In this document: positions 28,007 to 38,395 of the stretch, piece after piece | How positions within the stretch are numbered: the first letter of the stretch is position 1 | How the letters are laid out: every line of letters begins with the position of its first letter | Source of the DNA: a virus | Taxonomy: Duplodnaviria > Heunggongvirae > Uroviricota > Caudoviricetes | Strand: one strand, 5' to 3' | DNA length: 64,000 bases | IMG/VR virus record: IMGVR_UViG_3300048930_000283 | The notes under the pieces: model-generated | What the model was told of the DNA's origin: nothing | Database searches by the model: none | What the model saw: only the letters and a program-made list of their open reading frames with translations | Program-made: the position numbers and the translations under genes

Positions 28007-28282
28007 TTACAGTTTTACTATAGTACTATTTTTATCCAGTTGAGAACCTGGTGTCTTTTCATGAATTCTCTGTAGGGCCTCTTTCATCCCTGAATCAGGT
28101 TTCATAAATCCCATCCTTACTGGATCACCAAACCCAACTGTAGTTATAATTCGTTGTATCTTTCCGATAACACCACATGACGGACAGGGTTCACTAAGTG
28201 GTATCTCCCTATCTATAATCTTAGACTGCCACTCAAATTGGTGACCGCATTCACATTTATACGGGTATGTAGGCATCGTCAC
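28007..28282 (-). CDS. FmdB-like zinc-ribbon protein
   Basis: MPTYPYKCECG...CPSCG. Confidence 0.8.
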   Translation of the reverse strand: MTMPTYPYKCECGHQFEWQSKIIDREIPLSEPCPSCGVIGKIQRIITTVGFGDPVRMGFMKPDSGMKEALQRIHEKTPGSQLDKNSTIVKL

Positions 28283-28315
28283 TCCAGACTTGTTCTATAA
28301 ATTTATTGATCTTTT

Positions 28316-28744
28316 CTATTTTAGGTGGGGTGTTATAACTTGCCCCATTTTAAATACAGAAACACCACCCTGTCTAAGCAATTCAACACCCTCAGATGAA
28401 CGATAGTCATGTAAATACCAAACCTCTGAGATACCACTGGCCAAGATGTGTTTTGCACAGTTTTCTAAGCAGGGAGCATGGGTTAAGTACAACGTAGCTC
28501 CTAATACAGATTTACCCAATCTGGCACATTTCATCAACGCATTCATCTCTGCGTGTATAACTTCTGGTCTAGTTATATTATCAATTTCGCAACAGTTATC
28601 CCAACCAGGTGGTGTTCCGTTGTATCCAAATTCAATTAAAGAGCCATCCTTAGCAATTACTGCACCAACCTTGAGACGTTCAGCCGAAGATTCATTAGCA
28701 ACACGAACTGCAATATCCAAAAATAACCTATGATTATGCTTCAT
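28316..28744 (-). CDS. cd: dCMP deaminase
   Basis: KVGAVI, GYNG, HAEMNA, APCLENC. Confidence 0.9.
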   Translation of the reverse strand: MKHNHRLFLDIAVRVANESSAERLKVGAVIAKDGSLIEFGYNGTPPGWDNCCEIDNITRPEVIHAEMNALMKCARLGKSVLGATLYLTHAPCLENCAKHILASGISEVWYLHDYRSSEGVELLRQGGVSVFKMGQVITPHLK

Positions 28745-29177
28745 CCTTAGTTCCTACCAGATGTGGATGGTGTTTTGCTACTAACTCCTTGGTAATATTT
28801 GGGAATAATTCTTGTAATGCCTTATCTTTACAAAAAATCAAAATCTCAGCACTCTTGGGTGGAATTGATTCTAGCATCTCAATAAAGATACGCTCTTTTG
28901 CAAACTTCTTCATCTGCATATACGGCAGGCAGTTTTTAAGTCTGTGAATAGAATGAACCAGTGTACCCTGAAAATCAGCGTGAGTCAAATCGTCTCTCTT
29001 ATATGGCGGGACACCCTCGGGTAAATCCAATTTTACTTTATCGTTGAAGTTTAGAGAAAGAAGGTAATTAATCGGGTTTGAGTTACCATACTGCTTCATC
29101 AATTCATCTGCTAACTCTGGCTTGTTCATATCCTCCAGAATTTCCCACTCTCGTATCAATTTGTACTGTTTTTTCAT
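28734..29177 (-). CDS. Hypothetical protein
   Basis: Adjacent to rnh; FIEMLES..P..AEIL. Confidence 0.6.
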   Translation of the reverse strand: MKKQYKLIREWEILEDMNKPELADELMKQYGNSNPINYLLSLNFNDKVKLDLPEGVPPYKRDDLTHADFQGTLVHSIHRLKNCLPYMQMKKFAKERIFIEMLESIPPKSAEILIFCKDKALQELFPNITKELVAKHHPHLVGTKDEA

Positions 29178-30094
29178 ATGTCACCCATTTCAGATAATAA
29201 TTTAGCCATTTTGTTCTTCATGAAGTAGTTCATCAGTTTCATCTTACTTGACTTTACCTCATACCCTTTATATGTATCAAGGATATTATCCTGAATTTCT
29301 TGAGGTATGAAACTAAGATCAATGAGCTTTTGGTTTCTGAACCAATTGCCATGAAGGTTTTTCGGCAGCACCTTCATCGGATCTTCCAGAGTGAGATCTC
29401 TAACCAAGGACGCCTTAAGGGGTGTTTGTCTTTTAGGTTTGACACCTGAGGCACGATCTATTGCCCATTGGTCTGGTGTCATCACTGATGGTACATTATC
29501 ACCAGAGTCACCCTCAGCAATATGTTCGATTAGGTACTCATGCACGTTAGCAGTGGAAACCCATTTCTTATGCTGATTGTTCCATTGCTTCACCTTATCA
29601 TACCGTTGCAACTGAACTAGGTCACCATCTGAGCTGATAATCAGGTTGCGTTGTGGTTCGGAATCAAACAACCCATCCTGCACCAATTCGTTTGTTTGGG
29701 TATACTTAGTCAATACTGCAATAACATCATCGCCCTCAGCTGTGTCAATCTCAATTAACGGCCAAGGAAAGTTTTCTCTAATGTCTGTCTTTAGTTCATC
29801 TATTGCTTCATAAATCAATGAATAGTCTAGGTTAGATGCTGCCCGGTCATGTTTTCGGTGCCCTTTGTACGCTGGGAAGAAGGCTTTGCGCCAATATTTA
29901 GAACCATCTGCGCAAAGAACCATCTTACCATACTCATGACCAAACTTCTTCTTAAAATTAAGCAGCATCATAAACACCATATGCTTAATTAGCTGCTTAT
30001 TCCCTTTTGGGTCAATCGCACCCTTCTTTAACTCGCGAGATAGATCAACATGAACTCCGGAGAATACTATCTGGGAGAAGTCTACTAGTATCAC
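29174..30094 (-). CDS. rnh: RNase H / 5'-3' exonuclease
   Basis: MILVDFSQ, YWRK, YKGHR, AEGDDVIA, SSDGDL.QL, GDSGDNVP. Confidence 0.92.
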   Translation of the reverse strand: MILVDFSQIVFSGVHVDLSRELKKGAIDPKGNKQLIKHMVFMMLLNFKKKFGHEYGKMVLCADGSKYWRKAFFPAYKGHRKHDRAASNLDYSLIYEAIDELKTDIRENFPWPLIEIDTAEGDDVIAVLTKYTQTNELVQDGLFDSEPQRNLIISSDGDLVQLQRYDKVKQWNNQHKKWVSTANVHEYLIEHIAEGDSGDNVPSVMTPDQWAIDRASGVKPKRQTPLKASLVRDLTLEDPMKVLPKNLHGNWFRNQKLIDLSFIPQEIQDNILDTYKGYEVKSSKMKLMNYFMKNKMAKLLSEMGDI

Positions 30095-30363
30095 TCGGTG
30101 TATTCCCTCATAATTTTGACTGCTTCGTTAGCAATTTTAGCACAACGGTCTAACTCGGCTGGGTTCCGTGTTTGAAAATTCCTGCAGGCTGCAATAAACG
30201 CCAATTGCCAAAAAGCCTTATCATCACCAACCTTAAATACTGGCATGGCGTTTGGATCCTTTTTGGGTCTACCAGGCCCACGCTTCACTGGTTGTTCTTC
30301 GGTGTCACCATTCAAATCATTTACAACCTCTGCCTCAATATTACTCATTTGTTCTCCTTTCAA
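30091..30363 (-). CDS. AT-hook-containing small protein
   Basis: KRGPGRPKK. Confidence 0.55.
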   Translation of the reverse strand: MKGEQMSNIEAEVVNDLNGDTEEQPVKRGPGRPKKDPNAMPVFKVGDDKAFWQLAFIAACRNFQTRNPAELDRCAKIANEAVKIMREYTE

Positions 30364-31466
30364 AATACCTTCAAAATAATCTGCTTATCATTAATCCTAC
30401 CTGTTACTTTACCTAGTATAGCATTGGTATCATTAAACAGTTTATTGATAACTCTCTTACCCATCGCAGAGGAATCCTTCAACTGAACTTCTGGTTTTCT
30501 CATGATTTTTGAACCACTCGTATCAGGATTCCAATTCATAACCGAAGAATTCTTAACAGTCAAGAATGAACCCTCTAAAGCCTCATAACGATGAATTCTA
30601 CGATTACTAGTATCGTAGAGCCACAATTCTGTTGCATCAAGAATCTTTTCCGGGGATACTGAAGACATTAAAAGTGGTTCATAATATTTCATATACTTCA
30701 ATTTAGATACCACCTTAGCAGGAATTACCTTCTTAACCTTCCTGGTTACTACCATCTTGCCAATAGTTTCCAACTTAGAGCAATCTGCAATAACCTGTTC
30801 AAGAATATGTTTTAAAGATTTGAAGGTCTTTTTAGTGTATCCTCGTTCAGTGAATGTTGCATCAGACTCAACATCTTTTAATTTTTCTGCAAAATGAGAT
30901 CTGATTCGTTTGGCAATCAGTGGCTTAACATAATTGCTAGACAGGTAATTGTAAATTTTGACTTGCTTACCACCCCAAACAAAATCATCAACGAAACCCT
31001 CAATCTCACCTATATGAGTTGAGGCAGTTGCATTAATTCGATCCTGAATTGATACCTGATCTTCCTTTGGTTTTTCAACCTTTGGTAAATCATCCTTGAC
31101 ACCTGCTGCCATTTCCGCAATTTCTTTATATCTTTGGTCGATGTAATCCATATGCTTTTTACTAATGGTTAGATTCCGCTCATAAAGCATATGAACCAGC
31201 GCACCGACTTGACTAAAATACTCTGGCTTTACCGAAGCAAACTTAGATACCGACTTGCCCTGTTTCTTCCAATTAGAAATTGCCCATTGTTGCTTCATTT
31301 TTGGGTCAACTTCCAGGTTATAATAATTAAGCTGGTTAATCAGACTAAGCTGATAATCAATAATATCATACTCAGGGAACTGAAAGGTAGACCTGGCTTT
31401 CAGAATTTTTCTACCTTTATGCTTAAGACTCTTTCTCATTTGGTTACCTATAAAAGTATTTCTCAA
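30360..31466 (-). CDS. Hypothetical protein (start may be ATG at 31439)
   Basis: 368-aa ORF; C-terminal GRIN. Confidence 0.6.
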   Translation of the reverse strand: MRNTFIGNQMRKSLKHKGRKILKARSTFQFPEYDIIDYQLSLINQLNYYNLEVDPKMKQQWAISNWKKQGKSVSKFASVKPEYFSQVGALVHMLYERNLTISKKHMDYIDQRYKEIAEMAAGVKDDLPKVEKPKEDQVSIQDRINATASTHIGEIEGFVDDFVWGGKQVKIYNYLSSNYVKPLIAKRIRSHFAEKLKDVESDATFTERGYTKKTFKSLKHILEQVIADCSKLETIGKMVVTRKVKKVIPAKVVSKLKYMKYYEPLLMSSVSPEKILDATELWLYDTSNRRIHRYEALEGSFLTVKNSSVMNWNPDTSGSKIMRKPEVQLKDSSAMGKRVINKLFNDTNAILGKVTGRINDKQIILKVF

Positions 31467-31484
31467 CTATTATAGTATATCAAA

Positions 31485-31778
31485 TTACATATTTTCTGTC
31501 AATGATGTTGCAATCTCAATACCACTGGTGTTTCTAAGATATGCATCCTCAATTTGCTTTGGTGCCTCTATAATCGAAGTGATATGATTATCATTAACGA
31601 TACAATCACCGTCTGGGTTGGAAATAAAGAATGGAACCAAACCAACCTGATAACCATTTTGAGATGGCATTATTTGCAGTACCCTAGGTTTATGGAGTAG
31701 TGTCTTTTCATCCACCTTACTCATCTGTGACACAATCTCCGAACCCTCAGACAACTTGATTACAACAATTTTACTCAT
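31485..31778 (-). CDS. Small Sm-like-fold hypothetical protein
   Basis: VIKLSEGSEIV...KPRVL pattern. Confidence 0.55.
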   Translation of the reverse strand: MSKIVVIKLSEGSEIVSQMSKVDEKTLLHKPRVLQIMPSQNGYQVGLVPFFISNPDGDCIVNDNHITSIIEAPKQIEDAYLRNTSGIEIATSLTENM

Positions 31779-31947
31779 TTACAGCTCCTTTATCTTTTTC
31801 TGTATAACGACGATTCTTAAATTCCTGCTCAGCCTTTAGTGCAGAGATCATGAGTTTTAAGTATGCCTTAGCTTTTTTCTTATCCTTCATTAATGCGCAC
31901 TTACCCTTAATTGCTTTAGGTACATTTATAGTATCAGATTTTTTCAT
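31771..31947 (-). CDS. Small basic hypothetical protein
   Basis: Start moved to MKKSDT (ATGA overlap). Confidence 0.55.
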   Translation of the reverse strand: MKKSDTINVPKAIKGKCALMKDKKKAKAYLKLMISALKAEQEFKNRRYTEKDKGAVNE

Positions 31948-32132
31948 TCTGCTTCTCCATATGTTGCAAAACAACCAATAGTCCAACTAGCGGTTGCACC
32001 ACCATCCGTCTCAGCTGCAGTTATGTTATTGAACATTGGAACAATTGAATATAGTACGAAATTATTATCTCGTTGCCACTCAACAAATTCTTCATTATTA
32101 TAGAACATCTTAAAATTGACAATCTTTTTCAT
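31944..32132 (-). CDS. Hypothetical protein
   Basis: RBS AGGAG; tight packing. Confidence 0.55.
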   Translation of the reverse strand: MKKIVNFKMFYNNEEFVEWQRDNNFVLYSIVPMFNNITAAETDGGATASWTIGCFATYGEAE

Positions 32133-32140
32133 GTAATCTC

Positions 32141-33520
32141 CTAATCAAAATTCAAATCACTAACATCAACTTGTTTCCTACTACCAACCGATAGATCAGA
32201 ATCTGTTTTTCCTTGATCTGTTATCCTCATTGGTGTATTATCTACATCATACAACTTAAACTTACTAACATCAATCCCAACAATGAACCTCTTGTAGAAA
32301 TTTAGATCATTGAATCTGTTCTTTAATTGCTTTATCATCAATTGACCCATTTCATCCAGTTCATCGGATCTAATCATAGCAAACAATAAATCCAATGACA
32401 TTGGGAGGCCCATACTTTCTGAGGTATCTGTCATCTCTATATCAGAATTATTGACACCACCTCTATTGGTTTGAGTTGCAGTAAACACTGCTATATTGTT
32501 TTCAACCGCCATACCTCGCAACTCCTCAGCAATTGCCTTAATTGCAAAATATGAATTCCAATTGGCCCCTGGTTTATACCTCTGACTAGCGCATATGTTA
32601 ATATAGTCAACATACACTATATCTGGGATGAAGTTTTTCTTGAGTCTCAATTCATCCAACAATGACTTAAAATGCCCAACATGAGCAGAGCTAGTAGGAT
32701 ATTCCTTGATAACCAATCTACCCTTTGATTTGTTCCTTAACTGAACAATCTTATCTTCATAATCACTATGTTTCAACCTATGCAGATCGTCAACAGTGCA
32801 ATCCAATATATTACAATCTATTCTCTCGGCAATTCGCTGCTCTGCCATCTCAAGGGTAATATACAAGCAATTCCACCCTGCCATAACTGCTTTGGCCGCA
32901 TGATCGCATAAAAACAAACTTTTACCCACACCAGTTGGGGCTAAGATTGCAGACAGAGTTTTTCTAGGAATACCGCCCTTAGTGATCTTATTGAACATCC
33001 CAAGACCAAAAGGAATCCTATCCTCTTTCAAGTGATAAAACTTAAATCGTTCATCGGTGTCACCGAAATAATCATGACCAATGGTTTTATCAAACGAGGT
33101 AGCTAGCGCCTCCTGCAATAGTGTTGGTATGGCAGTTTTAGAATACTTAGTGTTATCTCCATTCAGAATACCAATTGATTCGGTGATTGCATTGTATATC
33201 GCACGCTCTGAGCAAAACTGTTCGGTCCTATCCAACAACCATTTAGTGTTTAACTCAATGTCACCCCAACTATCTATTACCTCAAGTGCCTTTTTGTATT
33301 CATCCTGCTTAAACTTATTGTAATCCTCAATGAATAGTTTTAGGATCTTTTTAGTGGGGACCTTGTTATGTTCGGCATGAAATCTCTTTATTTCCTTTAT
33401 CAATATTCGTTCAACATGAGATTCAAAGTAATCTGGTTCTAAATGATGTAGTGCTTTCCTTGTGTAGTCATCGGATCCAAGTAAATTTTCGAAGATTATC
33501 TTTTCTATTCTTTCGGTCAA
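32141..33520 (-). CDS. gp41: Replicative DNA helicase (DnaB-like)
   Basis: APTGVGKS, YITLEMAE, IKEYPT, VDYINI, TATQTNR, KQLKNR. Confidence 0.95.
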   Translation of the reverse strand: MTERIEKIIFENLLGSDDYTRKALHHLEPDYFESHVERILIKEIKRFHAEHNKVPTKKILKLFIEDYNKFKQDEYKKALEVIDSWGDIELNTKWLLDRTEQFCSERAIYNAITESIGILNGDNTKYSKTAIPTLLQEALATSFDKTIGHDYFGDTDERFKFYHLKEDRIPFGLGMFNKITKGGIPRKTLSAILAPTGVGKSLFLCDHAAKAVMAGWNCLYITLEMAEQRIAERIDCNILDCTVDDLHRLKHSDYEDKIVQLRNKSKGRLVIKEYPTSSAHVGHFKSLLDELRLKKNFIPDIVYVDYINICASQRYKPGANWNSYFAIKAIAEELRGMAVENNIAVFTATQTNRGGVNNSDIEMTDTSESMGLPMSLDLLFAMIRSDELDEMGQLMIKQLKNRFNDLNFYKRFIVGIDVSKFKLYDVDNTPMRITDQGKTDSDLSVGSRKQVDVSDLNFD

Positions 33521-33810
33521 ACAGACTCCTTAATTATGTTATTCATTAGTTCACCCATTGATTCTCCATGATAATGGACCTTACCATCACTGTCAATTAG
33601 CTGCCATTCATAGCATGACATGCACCTACACCCCCTAGCTACAGTATATGTCAAGTCTAAGAACTCCTCGACCATTTTGTTTCCAATGACAGTGGTGGAA
33701 CCCTCGACAAAATAATTAACCATCTTAGCTAAGTTTTCATTGTCAAAAGAAAACGATGGGAGAAGTCTAATATATTTTTCGATAGAATCGGCTGAACAAT
33801 ATTCTATCAT
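33517..33810 (-). CDS. Hypothetical protein
   Basis: Overlapping ORF in operon. Confidence 0.5.
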   Translation of the reverse strand: MIEYCSADSIEKYIRLLPSFSFDNENLAKMVNYFVEGSTTVIGNKMVEEFLDLTYTVARGCRCMSCYEWQLIDSDGKVHYHGESMGELMNNIIKESV

Positions 33811-34088
33811 GCTGTGACCTTATCAAGTGGGTTAATAATCATCAAATCAAGTTGTGTTGTTTGCACTTTTGAATTGATACTAGGATATTTTCCGTTCTTC
33901 ATCCACTTGGCAGGAATCCACTCCTCACCATTCCACCACGAACCTAGTATTGGTGTAGTTCCCTTGGCTTCCTGTAGAAAAATGATGGCTGGACTGCCAC
34001 CTCGTGTTAAAACAACCTTAGGCGGATTATAGGTTTTAGAAAACGTGAACTTTATTAGTTCTTCAAGTTCACTCTGATTTAGTTTCAT
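33807..34088 (-). CDS. Hypothetical protein
   Basis: Overlapping ORF in operon. Confidence 0.5.
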   Translation of the reverse strand: MKLNQSELEELIKFTFSKTYNPPKVVLTRGGSPAIIFLQEAKGTTPILGSWWNGEEWIPAKWMKNGKYPSINSKVQTTQLDLMIINPLDKVTA

Positions 34089-34368
34089 CTATCCCACCCT
34101 TATATACTATCTCATTGTTAGCAATTTGCTCTTCCAAAATGGCAACTAGTGTATCACCGATAAACTTTTCAAATTCATCCTTGTTATACTCGGTTGGTTG
34201 TTCAGTAATAAAATATTCAAATATCAACGGCCAGGTACCATCATCATTGGCCACTTCACCAAACTTTGTTTCTGTGTAGTAATATTTGAATCCAATATAT
34301 GGATTTTCGGTTATTTCCAGTTCAAAGAAACCACCAAAATCCTTACCTGTCGGTTTTACATTAATCAT
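34069..34368 (-). CDS. gp40-like head vertex assembly chaperone
   Basis: Sits after uvsX and before gp41 as in T4; acidic ~100 aa. Confidence 0.5.
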   Translation of the reverse strand: MINVKPTGKDFGGFFELEITENPYIGFKYYYTETKFGEVANDDGTWPLIFEYFITEQPTEYNKDEFEKFIGDTLVAILEEQIANNEIVYKGGIDETKSE

Positions 34369-35383
34369 CTAACTCCTCCATTGGGTAAGATGTGTTAGTT
34401 GCAAGCATATATTTCTTAGATACCCATTCACTGAATTCTGGGTTAGTTACTATATCAGTCCAAAATTCCTCAGTGTTAGTATCCTTAGCTCTAACCTTCT
34501 CCTTGGATCCTTTCTTCTGAAACCAACCCATAGAAGGTTTGGTTACATGCCCGGACTCCAACGCTAAATCTAATAAACCAGAATACTTATTCATACCTTC
34601 CTCATAAAGAACCTGGAACGTCAATCTGGATTTCTCTTTAACGAATCTAGACTTCTCCACAACTAAAGTGAAGTTCCACCCAACAATATCTGTACCCGTC
34701 TTTTCCTGTGACCTGCCAACAATAAAGATCGTATTCGCCGAATAATATACCCCGGTACCACCACTAACGATTTGTTTCGGGAACATGCCAGTCTCTTCAT
34801 ATGTGTGATTTACAACGATACATGGTATATTTTTGATTGTAAGTGACGGTGTGATAATCCTGAAAAGACTTTTGATTTGTTTCGCTCTAGACATATCTGC
34901 AACAGCCTTTTCATTTTGAGCATCCTCAACTTCCTTCTTAGAAGCTAAGTTGCCAAGCGAATCGACAAAAATAATTACTCTCTCGCCCTTTTCAATTGAA
35001 TCCAACTTTTTACGAATATCGAATTTTAGTTGCTCGACGTGCTCAATTGGTAGGTGAATTACTCTAGAGGTATCAATACCATTTGCTGTTAGATACTCCG
35101 ACGTAATACCAAATTCAGAGTCATAAAACAAACACACTGCCTCTGGATACTTATCCAAGTATGCCTTAACGCAGATCAAACCAAAATTTGACTTGTAGTT
35201 TTTAGATGGGCCAGCTATGACAGTTAATCCACTAGTGATACCACCATCCATTTTACCACTGAATGCAGTATTAATGATAGGGATTGGTGTTTGAACAAAG
35301 TCCTTCGGTTTGAAAAAATTTGATTCTGATAGAACTTCAGATGGGATGGATCCTGCTGATTTTAGTTTCTGTAATAAACTCAT
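34361..35383 (-). CDS. uvsX: RecA-like recombinase
   Basis: AGPSKNYKS, FYDSEFG, DSLGNLAS, ADMSRAK, SGGTG. Confidence 0.95.
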   Translation of the reverse strand: MSLLQKLKSAGSIPSEVLSESNFFKPKDFVQTPIPIINTAFSGKMDGGITSGLTVIAGPSKNYKSNFGLICVKAYLDKYPEAVCLFYDSEFGITSEYLTANGIDTSRVIHLPIEHVEQLKFDIRKKLDSIEKGERVIIFVDSLGNLASKKEVEDAQNEKAVADMSRAKQIKSLFRIITPSLTIKNIPCIVVNHTYEETGMFPKQIVSGGTGVYYSANTIFIVGRSQEKTGTDIVGWNFTLVVEKSRFVKEKSRLTFQVLYEEGMNKYSGLLDLALESGHVTKPSMGWFQKKGSKEKVRAKDTNTEEFWTDIVTNPEFSEWVSKKYMLATNTSYPMEELDD

Positions 35384-35601
35384 TCGGTTACCTCAATATC
35401 ATTGAAAATTTTACCACTAACCTTAGCCATAAGAACACCACACAAATCTATTTTAATCCCATTTGGTAGTATGATATATGTCATACCTGGCTTTAGTTCT
35501 CTCCGCAAAAAACCATTATGTAGCATCCAATCAACATAAATCTTATATAAGACTTCTCTTAACCTCTCAGTGTCCTCTTCTGGAATGATATATTCTTTCA
35601 T
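35380..35601 (-). CDS. Hypothetical protein
   Basis: Overlapping ORF. Confidence 0.5.
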   Translation of the reverse strand: MKEYIIPEEDTERLREVLYKIYVDWMLHNGFLRRELKPGMTYIILPNGIKIDLCGVLMAKVSGKIFNDIEVTE

Positions 35602-36137
35602 TTAGTATGCCTCATTTCAATTTGGTGTCTGGCCTTACCTTCACCCCAAATTTTAGATTCATTTTCGTCTATGTTATTCTTCGTCAGTTGTCCTATCGTG
35701 TTACCATTATGAATGTGGTGAAATGAGATTCCCTCTGGGGATTTCTTTATCAAGGTTTTCCATAAATGTTTAGATCCGTTGGTGTGCACTGTATCAGATG
35801 TTAATCTTCCATGAACTCTAGCATGATGCAACATAAAGGAATGAATGTGGGACGAATCGCCAGCATCACCCTTCTCCGTATCAACCTGAATATGGTTACT
35901 ACTAATGGTTGATATTTCCTTTACATTGTTACCATCATGGTGATAATACACATGATCTCCATCAGAGTTTATAAAATGATAATGATTATCACCTAAGTGT
36001 AAGGATTTGCCAGTGGTATGTATATTTTGATGGATCAGATTTCGATAAGATTTAGAACCAACTGAATATACATCCTTGGTTAAGGTCTTATCAATGTGTG
36101 GTGGTGCTTCTGATAGATATTGCCTGAACTTTATCAA
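35598..36137 (-). CDS. His-rich putative internal head protein (CTS-like)
   Basis: MIKFRQYLSE; exact TATAAATA upstream. Confidence 0.6.
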   Translation of the reverse strand: MIKFRQYLSEAPPHIDKTLTKDVYSVGSKSYRNLIHQNIHTTGKSLHLGDNHYHFINSDGDHVYYHHDGNNVKEISTISSNHIQVDTEKGDAGDSSHIHSFMLHHARVHGRLTSDTVHTNGSKHLWKTLIKKSPEGISFHHIHNGNTIGQLTKNNIDENESKIWGEGKARHQIEMRHTK

Positions 36138-36192
36138 ATAACTCTCCTGCTGTGGTTTTGATTGATATGCATGGAACCACCATGCTATTGTT

Positions 36193-36200
36193 TATTTATA
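36193..36200 (-). promoter_or_regulatory. T4-type late promoter TATAAATA
   Basis: Exact consensus, just downstream of a hairpin. Confidence 0.75.
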
Positions 36201-36206
36201 CAAATT

Positions 36207-36229
36207 GAGAGGGGCATTGCACCCCTCTC
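36207..36229 (-). terminator. Hairpin/terminator
   Basis: GAGAGGGG/CCCCTCTC 8-bp stem; weak U-tract on minus strand. Confidence 0.6.
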
Positions 36230-36251
36230 TTATTATTTTATGGCTCTTTGA

Positions 36252-36470
36252 TTAGCCACGAACGATAGTGAAGCCGTACTGGTTGATACGAGGATTTGAA
36301 TAGTTGAACGTAGATTCTGCAGCTGAATCATACGAACGTGTAGTACGAATATACTTACGAACCGCGGAACGAGCCTGCTCATAGTTCTTAAACGTAGCCT
36401 CACGAAGAGCCTTCGGTAAAGAAGAACCCATACCCTTAACTCGACGAACTGTATATTTTGCTTTTGCCAT
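36252..36470 (-). CDS. Small basic protein
   Basis: RBS AGGAG; K/R-rich; GC higher than flanks. Confidence 0.7.
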   Translation of the reverse strand: MAKAKYTVRRVKGMGSSLPKALREATFKNYEQARSAVRKYIRTTRSYDSAAESTFNYSNPRINQYGFTIVRG

Positions 36471-36561
36471 ACTATCTCCTTAAAATAAAAGTAATTTTCA
36501 AATCACTGATGAACTATTCATCATGATATAGTATAATTCACTTGTTATTATATTACAAATT

Positions 36562-36798
36562 TCAACTATTCAGAACCATCAATAAAAATTCCTCACTAAA
36601 TCCCTGAGCGGTCGCACCTTCCTCAGTAAGACCATAGGCCGTAACACCAAACCGAAAATCAGCTGGGCCAGCTGGGCCACGAGCCAAATCACTAACAATA
36701 TGTTTAGTGCCGTCTATAGCAGTAAGTATTAAATTCCTAGGAAGATTCTCAAATTCCTCGGGTGTTACTAACCACAATGATTTGACCCATCTCTTCAT
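36562..36798 (-). CDS. Hypothetical protein
   Basis: Start moved to MKRWVK (TAATG overlap with polymerase stop). Confidence 0.5.
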   Translation of the reverse strand: MKRWVKSLWLVTPEEFENLPRNLILTAIDGTKHIVSDLARGPAGPADFRFGVTAYGLTEEGATAQGFSEEFLLMVLNS

Positions 36799-38121
36799 TA
36801 TCCGAAAAAGTCCTCTAACGACGACTGCTCCTCTAACTTCCACTTAGCTGCAACAGCCAAACCCTCTAGAGGTTTTAGAAATGTCTTCTCAAATTGGGTA
36901 TCGTAATCAATATACCCTTTAATAGCATCTGGGAATGATATTCCTGCAGGTACAGCTAAGACATCTTCTTTAATTGGGTTCGGTAATTTCAAATATATGA
37001 ATCGTATCTTATCCGAATTTGCAATTGGTGGTATATCCTTATTGGCATAGTGAGAGTTATATAAAATAGATCCTCGAACATGAATGGGTGTACCTGATTT
37101 GTATCTACCAGAACCCAAACTCCATTTTTCTAGGTCTGTTACCCCACGAGGAAACGCTATGTCCTCAGGTGGCATTTGCATAAACTTCCCTCGAACCTCA
37201 GTTATATGTTTTTGCAGATCCTTCTCGGACTTCTCGAACATCAACTTCAACGAATCCTTTAAGATGGCTCTAATAGTGTGTGGTGTTGATGATCTAACAA
37301 TATCTAACCCCATAATTTTTAGTTTTGGCGGATCGTACTCAACCCCCTCAGAGTTATGAACCAATAATGCATACCTTTTCTTAGATACCCATAGTCCCTT
37401 GGATGCAATCGCCTCCCTCTTAGCATTCATTGTCTTGGTTCGACAATTGCAATAAGAGAACATTTTATCTACGGATTTCTGCACCACCTTCTGCAGCACA
37501 TCTTCACAAAACTTATCCAAAAATGCTGTTGTTTCCTTGATGTTCTTACCTGCACAGTGCTTATCTACTAGCGATTGTAGATTTAGGTATACTGAATCTG
37601 TGTCCAAATAAATTGCATAAGAAACATCTTCAGTTTTTAGAGCCTTGTTTAAGAATATATTTAGTTCTCTTTCGAGAAACTTATCTGATGCCTGACCAGT
37701 TAGAGTAATTGCCTCAGCAATACGAATGTCGTAATACCTAAACCCAGCATTTGAAACCGCACCATACGCAGAGTTGGCCTTTTGTGTTTAGTATAAGTCG
37801 TTAATTTATACCCATATAGCTGCATATTCCTATGCAGAACAGACTATATCATCATCTCATAGAGATGCTCCGTGCTTCAACTCACTTGAGTTTACACCTT
37901 GCGGTTAGTCGTTACACCTTCCCAAATAGGGCTCGGCTCGGTATTGTCCGGTCTGGAGTTTCACCGAATTCTCGGAGTTTTCGTGTAGAAATCACTTTCT
38001 ACCGCCTCTGCATTTAAAGGATTTTTAATGCCATTTGCTTATTATTCAATGAAGAAATTCTAGCTTCTAGTTCTCGTTTTCTCATTAAAAGCTGATCTAA
38101 AGTCATTGAGTGAATTTCCAT
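36798..38121 (-). CDS. gp43: DNA polymerase B, C-terminal subunit (gp43B); exons 38121-38017 and 37778-36798, 361 aa spliced
   Basis: RBS AGGAGG then MEIHSM...NNKQMALKIL|ANSAYG (motif B restored by splicing), YLDTDS (motif C), KKRY. Confidence 0.9.
37779..38016 (-). mobile_element. Group I intron (238 nt, no ORF) in gp43B
   Basis: Exon ends in U (CCUU pairs with GAGG, U.G at the site); GACTA/TAGTC P7; GATATAGTC; CTGCATA-GGAA-TATGCAG hairpin; terminal G; removal restores KILANSAYG. Confidence 0.9.
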
Positions 38122-38395
38122 TTTCGTTGCCTCCTTTCTTTATAATTATCGAACCATCAACATTACCAACAAATTCATCTACTCTGACCAACCTAATTCC
38201 TAATTTAGAGTATGACATTCCTTCATATTTCTTGCAAAAACTATTTCTTTCTGACGACATATTAAAATGAGGAAGAAATTTGGAATCCAACGTTCTTTGT
38301 GCTAATGTCGGAAACTCAGGCAAGAGAGTGTTGAATGTGTGAACTGAGTCAAAGATAAAATTTTCAAAAACGACTAAATAACCATTATTAGGCAC
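38060..38395 (-). CDS. Unknown ORF between gp43A and gp43B
   Basis: 111-aa ORF (GTG start, no clear RBS) overlapping the gp43B start in another frame. Confidence 0.45.
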   Translation of the reverse strand: MPNNGYLVVFENFIFDSVHTFNTLLPEFPTLAQRTLDSKFLPHFNMSSERNSFCKKYEGMSYSKLGIRLVRVDEFVGNVDGSIIIKKGGNENGNSLNDFRSAFNEKTRTRS

